Assembly: GCA_965215015.1 (NCBI GenBank)
Contig: OZ244042.1
Span: forward strand, 5,722,016 to 5,786,015
Source: Candidatus Poribacteria bacterium
Lineage (GTDB): Bacteria > Poribacteria > WGA-4E > PCPOR2b
DNA: 64,000 nucleotides
Direction: 5' to 3'
Shown here: one piece after another, positions 9,458 to 18,910 of the stretch
How the letters are laid out: each line of letters opens with the position of its first letter
Position numbering within the stretch: the first letter of the stretch is position 1
Program-made: the position numbers and the translations under genes
Notes under the pieces: model-generated
What the model saw: the letters and a program-made list of their open reading frames with translations, nothing else
What the model was told of the DNA's origin: nothing
Database searches by the model: none

Positions 9458-10999
9458 ATGCCCACCCCTCCTAAGTATCAGATTATCTACAACTGGGATG
9501 GTGCTCCTCATGGCTATTCTGAGCCGCCGCAATCTATAAACGCTTTCCTCGAAAAGGCCTACGCTCCGCTGGAAGATACGCAGATTGGTGCCCATTTCTG
9601 GTGCATCGGCGAACATGCTGCCCGCTGGCAGAGTGATGTCCTTGAACAGCTCGGCGATATTCATGGTCGGCGTTATGAAAATGCTCAGGCGTACGTTCAC
9701 ACTGAAAACCTCCGTCAGATGGTAGAGCGTGGCGAAGACCCACAGCAAGCCATTATCGACCGTGGGCATCAACTTGGGATGCATGTCTATGCCTCAGTAC
9801 GCATGAATGACAATCATTTCAGTGGGGCACAGGTCGCTGACTTGGAGAGCCTGCGCCATACGGAGCTGACCCAGATGCGGATCGAACATCCGGAATGGTT
9901 GCTTGGCAATCAGACCTCGGAGTGGTTCGCGCTCTCATGGAATTTCGCTGTCCCCGAAATACGGGAACACCGCTACGCACACATCAAGGAGATCTGCGAA
10001 AGATATGACTGGGATGGTGTCGAATTGGACTGGCAGCGACACGCCTTTCACCTACCCGCCGACGAAGGCTACCGGCTCCGATATGTCCTGACCGACCTGC
10101 AGCGAGCCGTGCGGCAGATGACCGATGCGCTAGCGGAGAAACGCGGCAAACCGTTCTACTTAGCAGCGCGCGTGTCTGGTACGCTAGAGATGTGCCGCAA
10201 CATCGGATACGATATTCCGACTTGGGTGAATGAGGGATTAGTGGACATTCTAATCCCCGCCGGTGGTGCTGCGACGGATCCCTCCTTAGATGTCGCAGCT
10301 TTTGTCGAACTGTGCCGAGATCAGCCGGTTGCGGTCTACCCCGGATTTGATGGTGGTTTGCCCGGACCCTCCGTCGGGCCCGAAGAGGCCGAGACCAAAG
10401 ACCGAATGCGTACGCGCGCCATTGCTAGCCGCTACCACAGCGCAGGTGCCGATGGCATCTATGTCTTTAACTGGCACGCAAACCGCGATTCGAGGCGGGA
10501 ATTGCTCTCACAGATTGGCTCGCCGGATACACTGCGGGGCACAGACAAAATTTATGCGGCAACCCATCGCTTCCTACAGGAGGCAGGAGAATGGCGGGGT
10601 GCTTATCGAAATGACCGCCTTTGGGGTGAGGTCCCGGTTGCTTTGAAACAGACGCTCACCGGCGAGGGACCAACAGTTACACTAAATGTAGTAGACGATT
10701 TATCGACTAATATCCCCAAACAAGTCGAGTTACGGGTGCGGTTAGATCAGTGGGTGCGCGGAGATGTGGTGCGGGTCTCGTGGGATGGGAGAACTCTTGA
10801 TGACCCGACAATCCGCTATTGCACTATCAATGACCCACATCGTATCTCGGATGTGAGTGGGGCGGCGTGGTTGTGTTTTGAGATGGATGGGCCTCTATGT
10901 GCGGGTTCGCACGAGGCTAAGGTCGTGCTTGAGGAACGTCACCCGAAGGTTGCCTCTGACATTGTGATGACAGATGTAGAATTGGTCGTCCACTTTTAA
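9458..10999 (+). CDS. GHL10/DUF187-like TIM-barrel glycosidase-like protein with a C-terminal beta-rich domain (start trimmed to MPTPPKY)
   Basis: DWDGVELDW motif analogous to the GHL10 DGIhlDy box. AAAGGA RBS before the ATG at 9458. The upstream extension in the ORF track overlaps guaA and is rejected. Confidence 0.5.
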   Translation: MPTPPKYQIIYNWDGAPHGYSEPPQSINAFLEKAYAPLEDTQIGAHFWCIGEHAARWQSDVLEQLGDIHGRRYENAQAYVHTENLRQMVERGEDPQQAIIDRGHQLGMHVYASVRMNDNHFSGAQVADLESLRHTELTQMRIEHPEWLLGNQTSEWFALSWNFAVPEIREHRYAHIKEICERYDWDGVELDWQRHAFHLPADEGYRLRYVLTDLQRAVRQMTDALAEKRGKPFYLAARVSGTLEMCRNIGYDIPTWVNEGLVDILIPAGGAATDPSLDVAAFVELCRDQPVAVYPGFDGGLPGPSVGPEEAETKDRMRTRAIASRYHSAGADGIYVFNWHANRDSRRELLSQIGSPDTLRGTDKIYAATHRFLQEAGEWRGAYRNDRLWGEVPVALKQTLTGEGPTVTLNVVDDLSTNIPKQVELRVRLDQWVRGDVVRVSWDGRTLDDPTIRYCTINDPHRISDVSGAAWLCFEMDGPLCAGSHEAKVVLEERHPKVASDIVMTDVELVVHF

Positions 11000-11058
11000 C
11001 ATGATCACCATCTGAGGGAGATGCTAGTTGATACCCTTGAACTAGCGGGGAACTATCA

Positions 11059-11514
11059 ATGACACCAGTCAGTCAATATCAATCTGAACAAACGACAGTG
11101 GAAACGGCAGCTGAAAGCAAGTTAGTAATTATCTGCCGAGCTGTCGCTTTTACACTCCTGATGCTATATGTCGTATTCGGTCCTTTTTATAAGCAAGTCC
11201 TTAAGGGAAAATCAGATGCCTTTCGGTCGTGGCAGATGTATCATCTGCGGGGACTCGATGTCTGTGATGTGCAATTTTACATCCGACATCGAGATGGACG
11301 CATCGAGCACATTGATCGTTTCCAAGTATTCGGTCGTGACAAATTGCTGAAATCACACCACCATTCGCGTCGGCTTATGGGCGAGGAGGATGTATTGCGT
11401 GTGGGACGACGCATCCGACAAAAAGTGGGAGCTACCGTTGATTTGCGGGTAAACGCACGTATCGGTACGCGCGAAGGGTGGAAAACCCTATATGTGGATA
11501 AACGCATTGAATGA
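11059..11514 (+). CDS. small membrane-anchored hypothetical protein, possible SdpA-like partner of the downstream HTTM protein
   Basis: 151 aa with one N-terminal TM helix, 30 nt upstream of the HTTM gene. No motif recognised. Confidence 0.4.
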   Translation: MTPVSQYQSEQTTVETAAESKLVIICRAVAFTLLMLYVVFGPFYKQVLKGKSDAFRSWQMYHLRGLDVCDVQFYIRHRDGRIEHIDRFQVFGRDKLLKSHHHSRRLMGEEDVLRVGRRIRQKVGATVDLRVNARIGTREGWKTLYVDKRIE

Positions 11515-11544
11515 CAGGGGTAACGAACGGAAACATAATCAGCC

Positions 11545-12378
11545 TTGCAAGCCATATTACGCAGCCTACAACATTTCTATAACTGGGCATTGTGTTATCG
11601 TGACTCCACCCGTTCAGTGGGGTTAATCAGAATCGGTTTGGTTCTGCTCCTCTGGTCTCGGTGGGCGGGTGAACTGATACTCTGTCGGGATATACGGCCA
11701 GGGACCATTCTACTCAATTCCGCGTTTTTCCTCTTTACTGGGCTCATGTGCGTCGGGCTATGGACACGCGTGTCATCGATGGGGACAGCCCTCATTATTT
11801 CGGTGATGTTTGTCACGAATGAATCATGGAAGCATCATCACGCCTTCCTCTTGGTCATGGCTGCCCTCTTTATTGCGTTGACACCGTGCGGTCGCTCATA
11901 CTCGTTAGATCGCTGGTTGGCACTCCGTCGCGCCTTAAAATCAGGTTTACCACCGCCGCCTGAAATCGGCAATTTGTGGGGGCTACGCCTAACTGCTATT
12001 CAATTGTCGATGGTCTACTTCTGGACTGCCTACGAAAAACTTTACTGGGGATTTTTGAGTGGTGACCGCATGGAACTCCTCGCTTACAACTATTATGCGG
12101 GGTATGACTACGCAAGTATCCCTGGGTTTTCTGCGTTCTGTTTTGTTATCGCAATTGCTACTGTGATACTGGAATTTCTACTAGCTTTCGGACTGTATAT
12201 CCCCAAATTCCACAAATACTTGATGCCCGCTGGGATCGTCTTGCATGTCCTTTTCTACATCTTATTGCCCATCCGTACTTTTACTTTGACCATGATTCTT
12301 CTGTACCTCGCTTTTATCCCAGCGGCTTCCGTTCATCGTTTCATCAACAATATGCACGAAGGTTACAGACCTGCTTAG
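11545..12378 (+). CDS. HTTM-domain (vitamin K-dependent gamma-carboxylase-like, SdpB-like) polytopic membrane protein
   Basis: 277 aa with 6-7 predicted TM helices. The N-terminal GLIRIGLVLLLW and general architecture are typical of the HTTM family. Assignment is by recollection of the family, not by search. Confidence 0.5.
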   Translation: MQAILRSLQHFYNWALCYRDSTRSVGLIRIGLVLLLWSRWAGELILCRDIRPGTILLNSAFFLFTGLMCVGLWTRVSSMGTALIISVMFVTNESWKHHHAFLLVMAALFIALTPCGRSYSLDRWLALRRALKSGLPPPPEIGNLWGLRLTAIQLSMVYFWTAYEKLYWGFLSGDRMELLAYNYYAGYDYASIPGFSAFCFVIAIATVILEFLLAFGLYIPKFHKYLMPAGIVLHVLFYILLPIRTFTLTMILLYLAFIPAASVHRFINNMHEGYRPA

Positions 12379-12397
12379 AGGAGAAGACAACAAAACC

Positions 12398-13645
12398 ATG
12401 CAAATCACCGATATCGAAATACATACTATCTGCCCCCCGTTTCAGGCATGGAACAGTGAAGCATTGACACGCTATCAGGGGCCTGACTTCCGCTATCGCA
12501 CAGTCTTTGTCGTTCATACTGATAACGGATTGGAAGGCTTAGGTGAGCACATCGGCAAATCGTGGGATGGGATAGACGAATGGATTGAGCAGCTGCGCGG
12601 TACGAATCCGTGCGATTGGCTAGCGCACCCGTCTCTCCCTATTGCCCTTGCGCCAGCTATCTACGATTTGGTCGGCAAGTACAATGATGTCCCCGCCTAT
12701 AAGCTGTTCGGGCCACAAGTCCGTTCACGCGTCCCGATGGCGGCATGGACAGTCTCGCAGACACCTGAGAAGATGGCGGCGGAGGTGGAGCACGCAGCCG
12801 CTGCGGGTTACACATGGCTCAAGTTCCACACCTTCCACTGCCACAACGTTGTAGCGCAGACGGAGGCGATGCAGGTTAGACTTGAGGAGAGGGCGTCACC
12901 GGGATTCAAGATTCATTACGATATCAATTTCGACAATACGGTGGAGCATGTCTTGGACTTGGCGCGGGAGTTGATACAGTTCCCCATCGCGGGCGCGATT
13001 GAAGACCCGTTGCGTACACACGATTTTGAAGGGTATCGTGTACTGCGAGGGAAGTGTCCGCTGCCGATCTACTTTCACCATCTGCCATTGGGCGGACGGG
13101 AGGCGTTGATGGGACTCGCGGATGGCTACATGCTAGGTCATGCACCTGTCGGGCAGGTCGTTCAGCGGGCGGGGTTGTTTGAGGCAGCGAATATACCGTT
13201 CATGATGCAGAACACGGGGGGTAATATCACACGAGCGTTTATCGCGCACATGGCATCGGTTTTCCCTATGGCGACGCTGCACCACGTCACCTGTACCCAC
13301 CTTTGGGCAGAAGATGTCGTGAGGCCGGCGTTGGAGGTCGCTGGCGGGATGGCGTGTGTGCCGGAGGGGCCAGGGTTAGGCGTGACGCTTGACCGTGATG
13401 CGCTTGCCCACTGGTCTACGGTTGAACCTGAGCCGTTGCCACGCGCTTTGATACAGATTCAATATGCAGGGCTCGCGCCGATTTACGCGCGACTGCCAAT
13501 CCGTTCTTTGAGCGACGGTCAGGGCACGGGACCAAGTTTTGTCGATGGATATGGCCCCGGTTATAATCAGCCGGTTGATATGTGGTTCTGGGATGACGAT
13601 GGCTCCTCGGCATTCGCTGAGGCGTGGGAGCATACCGCAGGATGA
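12398..13645 (+). CDS. enolase-superfamily enzyme (mandelate racemase/muconate-lactonising/acid-sugar dehydratase family)
   Basis: 415 aa with the capping-domain then barrel-domain layout. Metal-ligand-like D/E positions (KFH..., DINFDN, IEDP). Good RBS AGAGGAGAAGA. Confidence 0.7.
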   Translation: MQITDIEIHTICPPFQAWNSEALTRYQGPDFRYRTVFVVHTDNGLEGLGEHIGKSWDGIDEWIEQLRGTNPCDWLAHPSLPIALAPAIYDLVGKYNDVPAYKLFGPQVRSRVPMAAWTVSQTPEKMAAEVEHAAAAGYTWLKFHTFHCHNVVAQTEAMQVRLEERASPGFKIHYDINFDNTVEHVLDLARELIQFPIAGAIEDPLRTHDFEGYRVLRGKCPLPIYFHHLPLGGREALMGLADGYMLGHAPVGQVVQRAGLFEAANIPFMMQNTGGNITRAFIAHMASVFPMATLHHVTCTHLWAEDVVRPALEVAGGMACVPEGPGLGVTLDRDALAHWSTVEPEPLPRALIQIQYAGLAPIYARLPIRSLSDGQGTGPSFVDGYGPGYNQPVDMWFWDDDGSSAFAEAWEHTAG

Positions 13646-13943
13646 TCGACATTGAAGTTAGCTCACCCATTCTAAAAAGCCAGTTTGAATCCCAATCTTA
13701 TCGGGCGGGCGACATGTGTGTCGCATAGAGTTGACCCACGATAAATCGAGAAAACTGCTCTTAACTCAGCAAACTTGATGGGCTATCTTAGATAAAGCGT
13801 TTGCCGCAAAACTTGGTTTTGGACAGTAGATTCAGGTGATTCGAGATGGTTGTGGTATCTAAATTGTGTGTAGTCAATCAGCCAAATAAATTTCGTTTGA
13901 CAACGATTCGCGTCAAATCCGATCTAACTCCCTTGAAGTGTGC

Positions 13944-14639
13944 TTACCGGGGGAACAAGGTCGTCAACTCTTGAATACTTGATAGAACGTAATCCGGTGC
14001 CGATGCCACCAATTGTGCTTCTGTCTGAGATCCCGTCAACACAGCGACCGTCCATGCCCCGGCGTTCTTACCTTCCTGAACATCCACCACGGTATCCCCA
14101 ATTTTGACAACCGCTCGTCCATCTGTAATACTGAGTTCTTGCATTGCGTCATGAATCATCTTTGGATTGGGACGCCCTACGCCGACCTGCTCCGCGCTTC
14201 CTACATAGTCAAGCAGACCGTTATCCAGCCACCCCAGTCGGGAGACGATTGCCTGAACAACCTGCATCGGAAAGCCGCTTCCTACTCCAATATGGATATC
14301 CTTGGATTTGAGGTATCTGAAGAGTTCAGTTGCACCATCAATTTCCGAGATACTCGAAAGGTTGCTTTCCAGTGCATGGAGAAAATCACGATACACGCTA
14401 TCTCCAACACGCTTGGCATCGGTGAAAGATAATTCTGCAACCTCCTTCAGAAGAATCTGGATAGCTTCAGACTTCTGCCTTCCCCGATGCTTGTTAATTA
14501 GGGCTGGGGCCAGTTCAATCCCGTGTTTCGCAAAAGCACGCATCATGCTTATGACCATCAGCGGGTGTCCGTCGACTTCATCGTTGACAGTGGTCCCAGC
14601 GAGGTCAAACATTGCGAGCTGAATTGGTTGGGAAAACAT
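13944..14639 (-). CDS. HAD-superfamily hydrolase with a phosphonatase-like motif I (start trimmed to MFSQPIQ)
   Basis: Motif I FDLAGTTVND resembles the PhnX/beta-PGM subfamily. Conserved K and GD...D motifs are present. Confidence 0.7.
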   Translation of the reverse strand: MFSQPIQLAMFDLAGTTVNDEVDGHPLMVISMMRAFAKHGIELAPALINKHRGRQKSEAIQILLKEVAELSFTDAKRVGDSVYRDFLHALESNLSSISEIDGATELFRYLKSKDIHIGVGSGFPMQVVQAIVSRLGWLDNGLLDYVGSAEQVGVGRPNPKMIHDAMQELSITDGRAVVKIGDTVVDVQEGKNAGAWTVAVLTGSQTEAQLVASAPDYVLSSIQELTTLFPR

Positions 14640-14704
14640 AGATTTATCCCCAAATATTGAGCGTTTGATCGGCACCAACCTCTATTTTTTATTTAGGAGC
14701 GGTA

Positions 14705-16069
14705 TTAGATGATCTCGAAGTATCGTTTGAGTTCCCAATCCGTTATGGCGCGACCGAATTCCATAATTTCATGCTCGCGTGAGATTGCGAAGTGATCCAC
14801 AAATGCATCGCCGAGGCAGGCGCGACTGATTTCGCCCCCTTCCAATCTCTCTGTTGCTTCCGCTAGCGATCTTGGCAAAGGTTCAAATCGCCCTTGGGGG
14901 GCTTCGTAGGCATTTCCGTTGAACGGTTCGCCGGGGTCAAGTTGATGCTCAATGCCGTATAATCCAGCGGCGAGGCTTGCCGCCATAGCGATGTGCGGAT
15001 TGGCGTCAGCACCGGCTAGCCGATATTCCGTCCGCGTGGATTTAGGGGAGGTCCCGGGAATTGCGCGAAGGGCAGTTGTGCGATTTTCGATTCCCCAAGA
15101 GGCGTTGGTAGGTGCCCAGGCACCGGGGACTGTCCGCTTGTAAGAGTTGATTGTCGGACAGATGAGTGCCATCATTTCAGGCATTGCAGCGAGCTGTCCC
15201 GCGATATAGTGTTTCATTGTTTGCGACATGCCTGACGCATCTGATTCATCGGCAAACAGATTTATGTCGCCTTCTAAATTCCATAAGCTCTGGTGCAGGT
15301 GGCCGCTGCAACCGGGGTAATCTGGACTCCACTTCGCCATAAAGGTTGCGACAAGTCCATGTCTGACTAAAATCTCTTTCACGCCAGTTTTGAACAGTGC
15401 GGCTTTGTCTGCAGCATTGCAGGCTGTGTCGTACCGAATCGCGGTTTCATACACGCCGGGTCCCGTCTCCGTGTGTATCCCTTCCAGTTCAACGCCATAC
15501 TCCCCCATCCCATCTATAATTGCGTGAACGAACTCCGCAGCCGCAGATGCCCGTAATACGCTATAGCCGAACCAGCCGGGCGAGAGCGACGTCATGTTCT
15601 CAAATCCTTTGTCCTCTAGGGAGTGGGGGGTCTCCCGGAAGATAAAGTACTCGTACTCCGCTGACATGAAGGGCTGGAATCCCATACCATTCGCTTTACG
15701 GACGACCGTTTGGAGCAGTTGGCGCGGGGAAACTGCAAGTGGCTGATCTTCGCCCTCGTAAAAGTCAAGCAAAAACAACGCCGTATTTGATTCCCAAGGC
15801 ACCACGCGATATGTACTCAGGTCAATCTTCGCGAGGAGATCCGGATACCCAGTATGCCAACCGGTGACAGTCGGCTGCTCGTAGAGCTGATCGATCATGT
15901 CCCAGCCAAATGTCACATCACAGAAACCTAAGCCCTTTTCAATGGCAGAAAAAAATTTTTCGAGCGAAATATATTTGCCGCGCATAACGCCATCAATATC
16001 GAATCCAGCGAGTTTAATCTTCTGAATTTTGTCGCTTTCAAGATGTACTTTAATCTGATTTATTTCCAT
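14705..16069 (-). CDS. glutamine synthetase family protein (GlnA-like gamma-glutamyl-amine ligase; start trimmed to MEINQ)
   Basis: GS catalytic-domain motifs (KWSPDYPGCSGHLHQS; NSYKR; ANPH). RBS AGAGGGG before the ATG at 16069. Confidence 0.8.
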   Translation of the reverse strand: MEINQIKVHLESDKIQKIKLAGFDIDGVMRGKYISLEKFFSAIEKGLGFCDVTFGWDMIDQLYEQPTVTGWHTGYPDLLAKIDLSTYRVVPWESNTALFLLDFYEGEDQPLAVSPRQLLQTVVRKANGMGFQPFMSAEYEYFIFRETPHSLEDKGFENMTSLSPGWFGYSVLRASAAAEFVHAIIDGMGEYGVELEGIHTETGPGVYETAIRYDTACNAADKAALFKTGVKEILVRHGLVATFMAKWSPDYPGCSGHLHQSLWNLEGDINLFADESDASGMSQTMKHYIAGQLAAMPEMMALICPTINSYKRTVPGAWAPTNASWGIENRTTALRAIPGTSPKSTRTEYRLAGADANPHIAMAASLAAGLYGIEHQLDPGEPFNGNAYEAPQGRFEPLPRSLAEATERLEGGEISRACLGDAFVDHFAISREHEIMEFGRAITDWELKRYFEII

Positions 16070-16247
16070 AAAGCCCCTCTTTCGCACTAAAATGAGGTGT
16101 CCAACTTTTGCCGGAACCTAAATAGGACTTACGCGTCAAACACTCAAAGGAAATACCAGAAAAAGTCGCGCAATGTTCATGGTTGGTTGAGCCATGGCTA
16201 TATTACTATAGTCATGGTATACTCGGCAATTCATCGTGGCAGAACAC

Positions 16248-16263
16248 CATTTCCAACGCCCAA
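16248..16263. promoter_or_regulatory. perfect 16-bp palindrome GCCCAATGAATTGGGC, a candidate operator
   Basis: Perfect dyad symmetry about 180 nt upstream of the GS-family gene start and downstream of the Gfo gene stop. The 2-nt centre is too short for an RNA hairpin loop, which points to a protein-binding site. Confidence 0.3.
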
Positions 16264-16386
16264 TGAATTGGGCAACTACAGTAAGGGTGTCATCAAGAAA
16301 CCCGTAGGGAACACCAATCGTTGGCCCCACTAAAGTGCCTAACTCCTATTAAATTTGCCGCGTTAGCTGGCGGTGCCCGATACCGG

Positions 16387-17346
16387 CTAATGATCCGGCA
16401 AAGCTCCCTCAATTTGGTCAACAAGGTGAATCGAATGAATTACATCACGGAGATCGCTGATCGGGACTTTCTTGTTACGGACGCAGTCTACAAAGTGCTC
16501 ATGCATTGTCAGGACGCCTTCATACCGAGGTGTATCCCGTTCGTCAACGCCATCAACTTCCCACCCCCCCATCGTGCGGCTCTGGTTGTCCTCGTAAATC
16601 TCAATCTCCGCTGGGATCTTCATGTAACACCCAATCCCCACACCGTGAAGCTCTGAGCGAAGCACGCGGCCCCCTGAGGCCCGATTCCCAAGTAGCACGC
16701 CTGTTACATCGTTATCAAAGCGAACGAGGGCGGTGTAACAGTTTCGACTTTCGCTGCCGAATTTGTCCTGATACCCTGTCACCTCGACAGGCTCACCACC
16801 AGCCATATACCGCAAAAGATCGACAACGTGACACACATCGTTCCAGAGTGTTGTCGTAAACTCCTCGCCATCGCCACCGAGAATCTGCTTGTTGAAGGTG
16901 GTTATTGCTGTAGAGACACGTCCCTTCTCCACCACGCGGCGCATCGCCTCACGGGTCACCGCAGCATAACGGCGTTGAAAACCGACCATTGCATAGACCT
17001 CATTCGCGATTGCTGTGTCGAGCAACTGTTGTGTCTCATCGCTGTTAGCACCGGGCGGCTTTTCGATGAAGATATGTTTCCCTGCGTTGAGGCAATCGAG
17101 GGCGGGTTGTAATATCCACTCCTCACGCATCACGCAGTAGATAATATCCAAGTCAACACTATCGAGCATTTCGCGGTGATTTGTGAACGTATGCGAAAAT
17201 TCATATTTCTTGGCGACCTGACTAAGCCGTTCTTCGTCAAGTTCGCATACCGCGACCATCTCGACCTCATCTTCGAGACGGTTCACATTCGGGTAGTGCG
17301 CGCCTTGACTTCGGCCGCCCGCACCGATAAATCCTGCTTTTAACAT
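16387..17346 (-). CDS. Gfo/Idh/MocA-family NAD(P)-dependent oxidoreductase (start trimmed to MLKAGFIGAG)
   Basis: N-terminal Rossmann GFIGAGG, the EKP motif (IFIEKPPG), and the C-terminal alpha/beta domain typical of the family. Confidence 0.85.
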   Translation of the reverse strand: MLKAGFIGAGGRSQGAHYPNVNRLEDEVEMVAVCELDEERLSQVAKKYEFSHTFTNHREMLDSVDLDIIYCVMREEWILQPALDCLNAGKHIFIEKPPGANSDETQQLLDTAIANEVYAMVGFQRRYAAVTREAMRRVVEKGRVSTAITTFNKQILGGDGEEFTTTLWNDVCHVVDLLRYMAGGEPVEVTGYQDKFGSESRNCYTALVRFDNDVTGVLLGNRASGGRVLRSELHGVGIGCYMKIPAEIEIYEDNQSRTMGGWEVDGVDERDTPRYEGVLTMHEHFVDCVRNKKVPISDLRDVIHSIHLVDQIEGALPDH

Positions 17347-17392
17347 GGCGATTCCTTTCTGAGGTCTTGATCTAAGGAGTTGGATAGGGTTA

Positions 17393-17475
17393 TTATTAAC
17401 CAATAGTGCTAGTTTGCACCTGTTGATGTGCTCTCTGGTCAAAGGCCGAAAGTGAAATATGAAAACAATTTGTTC
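17393..17475 (-). promoter_or_regulatory. conserved 80-nt upstream regulatory block, copy A. It contains a putative TTGCAA -35 and TAATAA -10, and upstream TTTTCATATTTCAC and TTTGACC elements
   Basis: About 85% identical over about 80 nt to 47205-47287, which sits in the same position upstream of another minus-strand catabolic gene. Confidence 0.45.
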
Positions 17476-17648
17476 ATTGTTTCATGGTCGCTATATTCGG
17501 GAGTCGGTGAAGCACCGCGGGTGCGGCGTATTTTTTTATCGTATCACGTTTTCTATTGGCAAGGCAACTAAATTCGTGTATAATTCGACAGAGCGATAAT
17601 TGGAACTTTTGCCAATGAAATTACAACGCAGGAACGAGGAAAAGCTCG

Positions 17649-18020
17649 ATGACTAAAACGCAGAAAGAAACCATGGAGGCACTAGTGACGGAATTCCAGC
17701 AGGGGACACTGACGGAAGCTAGTCTGCGGGTGGGAATTGCGGAAATCGTGGGGGCAGAAAACCCGAAACGACAGGATGTCCTCTATCTGCAAGCTGTAAC
17801 CACCTCCCCCGGAGCGGCGGTAGTGGGTATGCTGCTAGTTGAGGATGGAGAACTTCGTGAAGGGCCCCCTAATCCGGACGATTGGCCCTATCAGACCGTC
17901 CTAGACGCTGTCCGGGATGGTTGGCGCATCATCTCTTTCCCGAATATGGCACTGCTTACTGTGGATGAAAAAGAGTTCTACGGCTTGGGTGCCGAATTCA
18001 TTCTTGAACGCTGGAGGTAA
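17649..18020 (+). CDS. hypothetical protein (123 aa), first gene of a probable operon with a PhyH dioxygenase and a Gfo oxidoreductase
   Basis: AGGAAAAG RBS. Its stop is 4 nt before the next gene. No recognisable motif. Confidence 0.45.
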   Translation: MTKTQKETMEALVTEFQQGTLTEASLRVGIAEIVGAENPKRQDVLYLQAVTTSPGAAVVGMLLVEDGELREGPPNPDDWPYQTVLDAVRDGWRIISFPNMALLTVDEKEFYGLGAEFILERWR

Positions 18021-18023
18021 ACC

Positions 18024-18887
18024 ATGCGAATATCGGAACGGAAAACCTACGACTGCGAACCGACCATGACAGATACCCAGGTGCTGAAGTTCTGCAAGGA
18101 TGGCTATCTGATACTTGAAGGTGTCGTCCCCGATGCCGTCAATCGTAGGGCGATAGAATACTGTGACCAATACCCTAATATGGAACCAAGCGGTATCCTG
18201 ATGGAAGACTGGTTCGTTGAGAATGTGATAGTTCATCCGGAGGCTGCTGGTGCTGTGCGTTCTCTTCTGGGGGCTAACTTTCACCTGCCGATACTGATGA
18301 GCAATCATCGTGTGCAGTGTCCCATTCAAGCTGTGGGTGGGTGGCATGTGGACGGTAACTATCACTACACACACGAACTCAATTTTCTACAAGTTTTTTA
18401 CTACCCCCAGGATACGCCCATTGAGATGGGACCGACGCAGATTGTGCCCGGCACCCATCTTGTGCGAAACAAGGCGAGGTTCATGGGACATTTGGCTAGC
18501 ATCAAGGGGGCTATTCCCACCACCGCACCCGCTGGTTCTATCTTTCTCACTGTATACCACATCTGGCATCGCCGCGGACCGTCAACCGCTTCGGGCATCC
18601 GCAACCTGCTCAAGTACTTCTACTGGCGTACAACCCCACCACGACGGGACTGGGTAATCGAGCCGGATTTCGATTTTGCTACTGCTGAATACGCTGGTCC
18701 CGGCGGGGCATATGTGGAGCAGTTCCGCGACGCAATCAAGGTGTCGGAGATGTTCTTATGGCTCTGTGGGCGCCACAAGTCGTTCCAGAATCTGGGTGGG
18801 CAAAGCTGGCCCCTGCCCGCGGATCGCAATGACCTTCCCTACGGCTTCCCCGCAGGATTACCTCAACCCCCATCTATTGAGTTATAA
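18024..18887 (+). CDS. phytanoyl-CoA dioxygenase (PhyH) family Fe(II)/2-oxoglutarate oxygenase
   Basis: KFCKDGYLIL N-terminal box, the HVDG...H facial triad region (GGWHVDGNYH) and a conserved Arg. GGAGGT RBS. Confidence 0.75.
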   Translation: MRISERKTYDCEPTMTDTQVLKFCKDGYLILEGVVPDAVNRRAIEYCDQYPNMEPSGILMEDWFVENVIVHPEAAGAVRSLLGANFHLPILMSNHRVQCPIQAVGGWHVDGNYHYTHELNFLQVFYYPQDTPIEMGPTQIVPGTHLVRNKARFMGHLASIKGAIPTTAPAGSIFLTVYHIWHRRGPSTASGIRNLLKYFYWRTTPPRRDWVIEPDFDFATAEYAGPGGAYVEQFRDAIKVSEMFLWLCGRHKSFQNLGGQSWPLPADRNDLPYGFPAGLPQPPSIEL

Positions 18888-18910
18888 GAGATCCCAATCT
18901 AACGAGGTGA

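Noticed and set aside
16170-16240. sigma54 promoter (TGCCACGATGAATTGCC) upstream of the GS-family gene
   Set aside because: The -24 element is GC, not GG, and the spacing between the -24 and -12 dinucleotides is one nucleotide too long.
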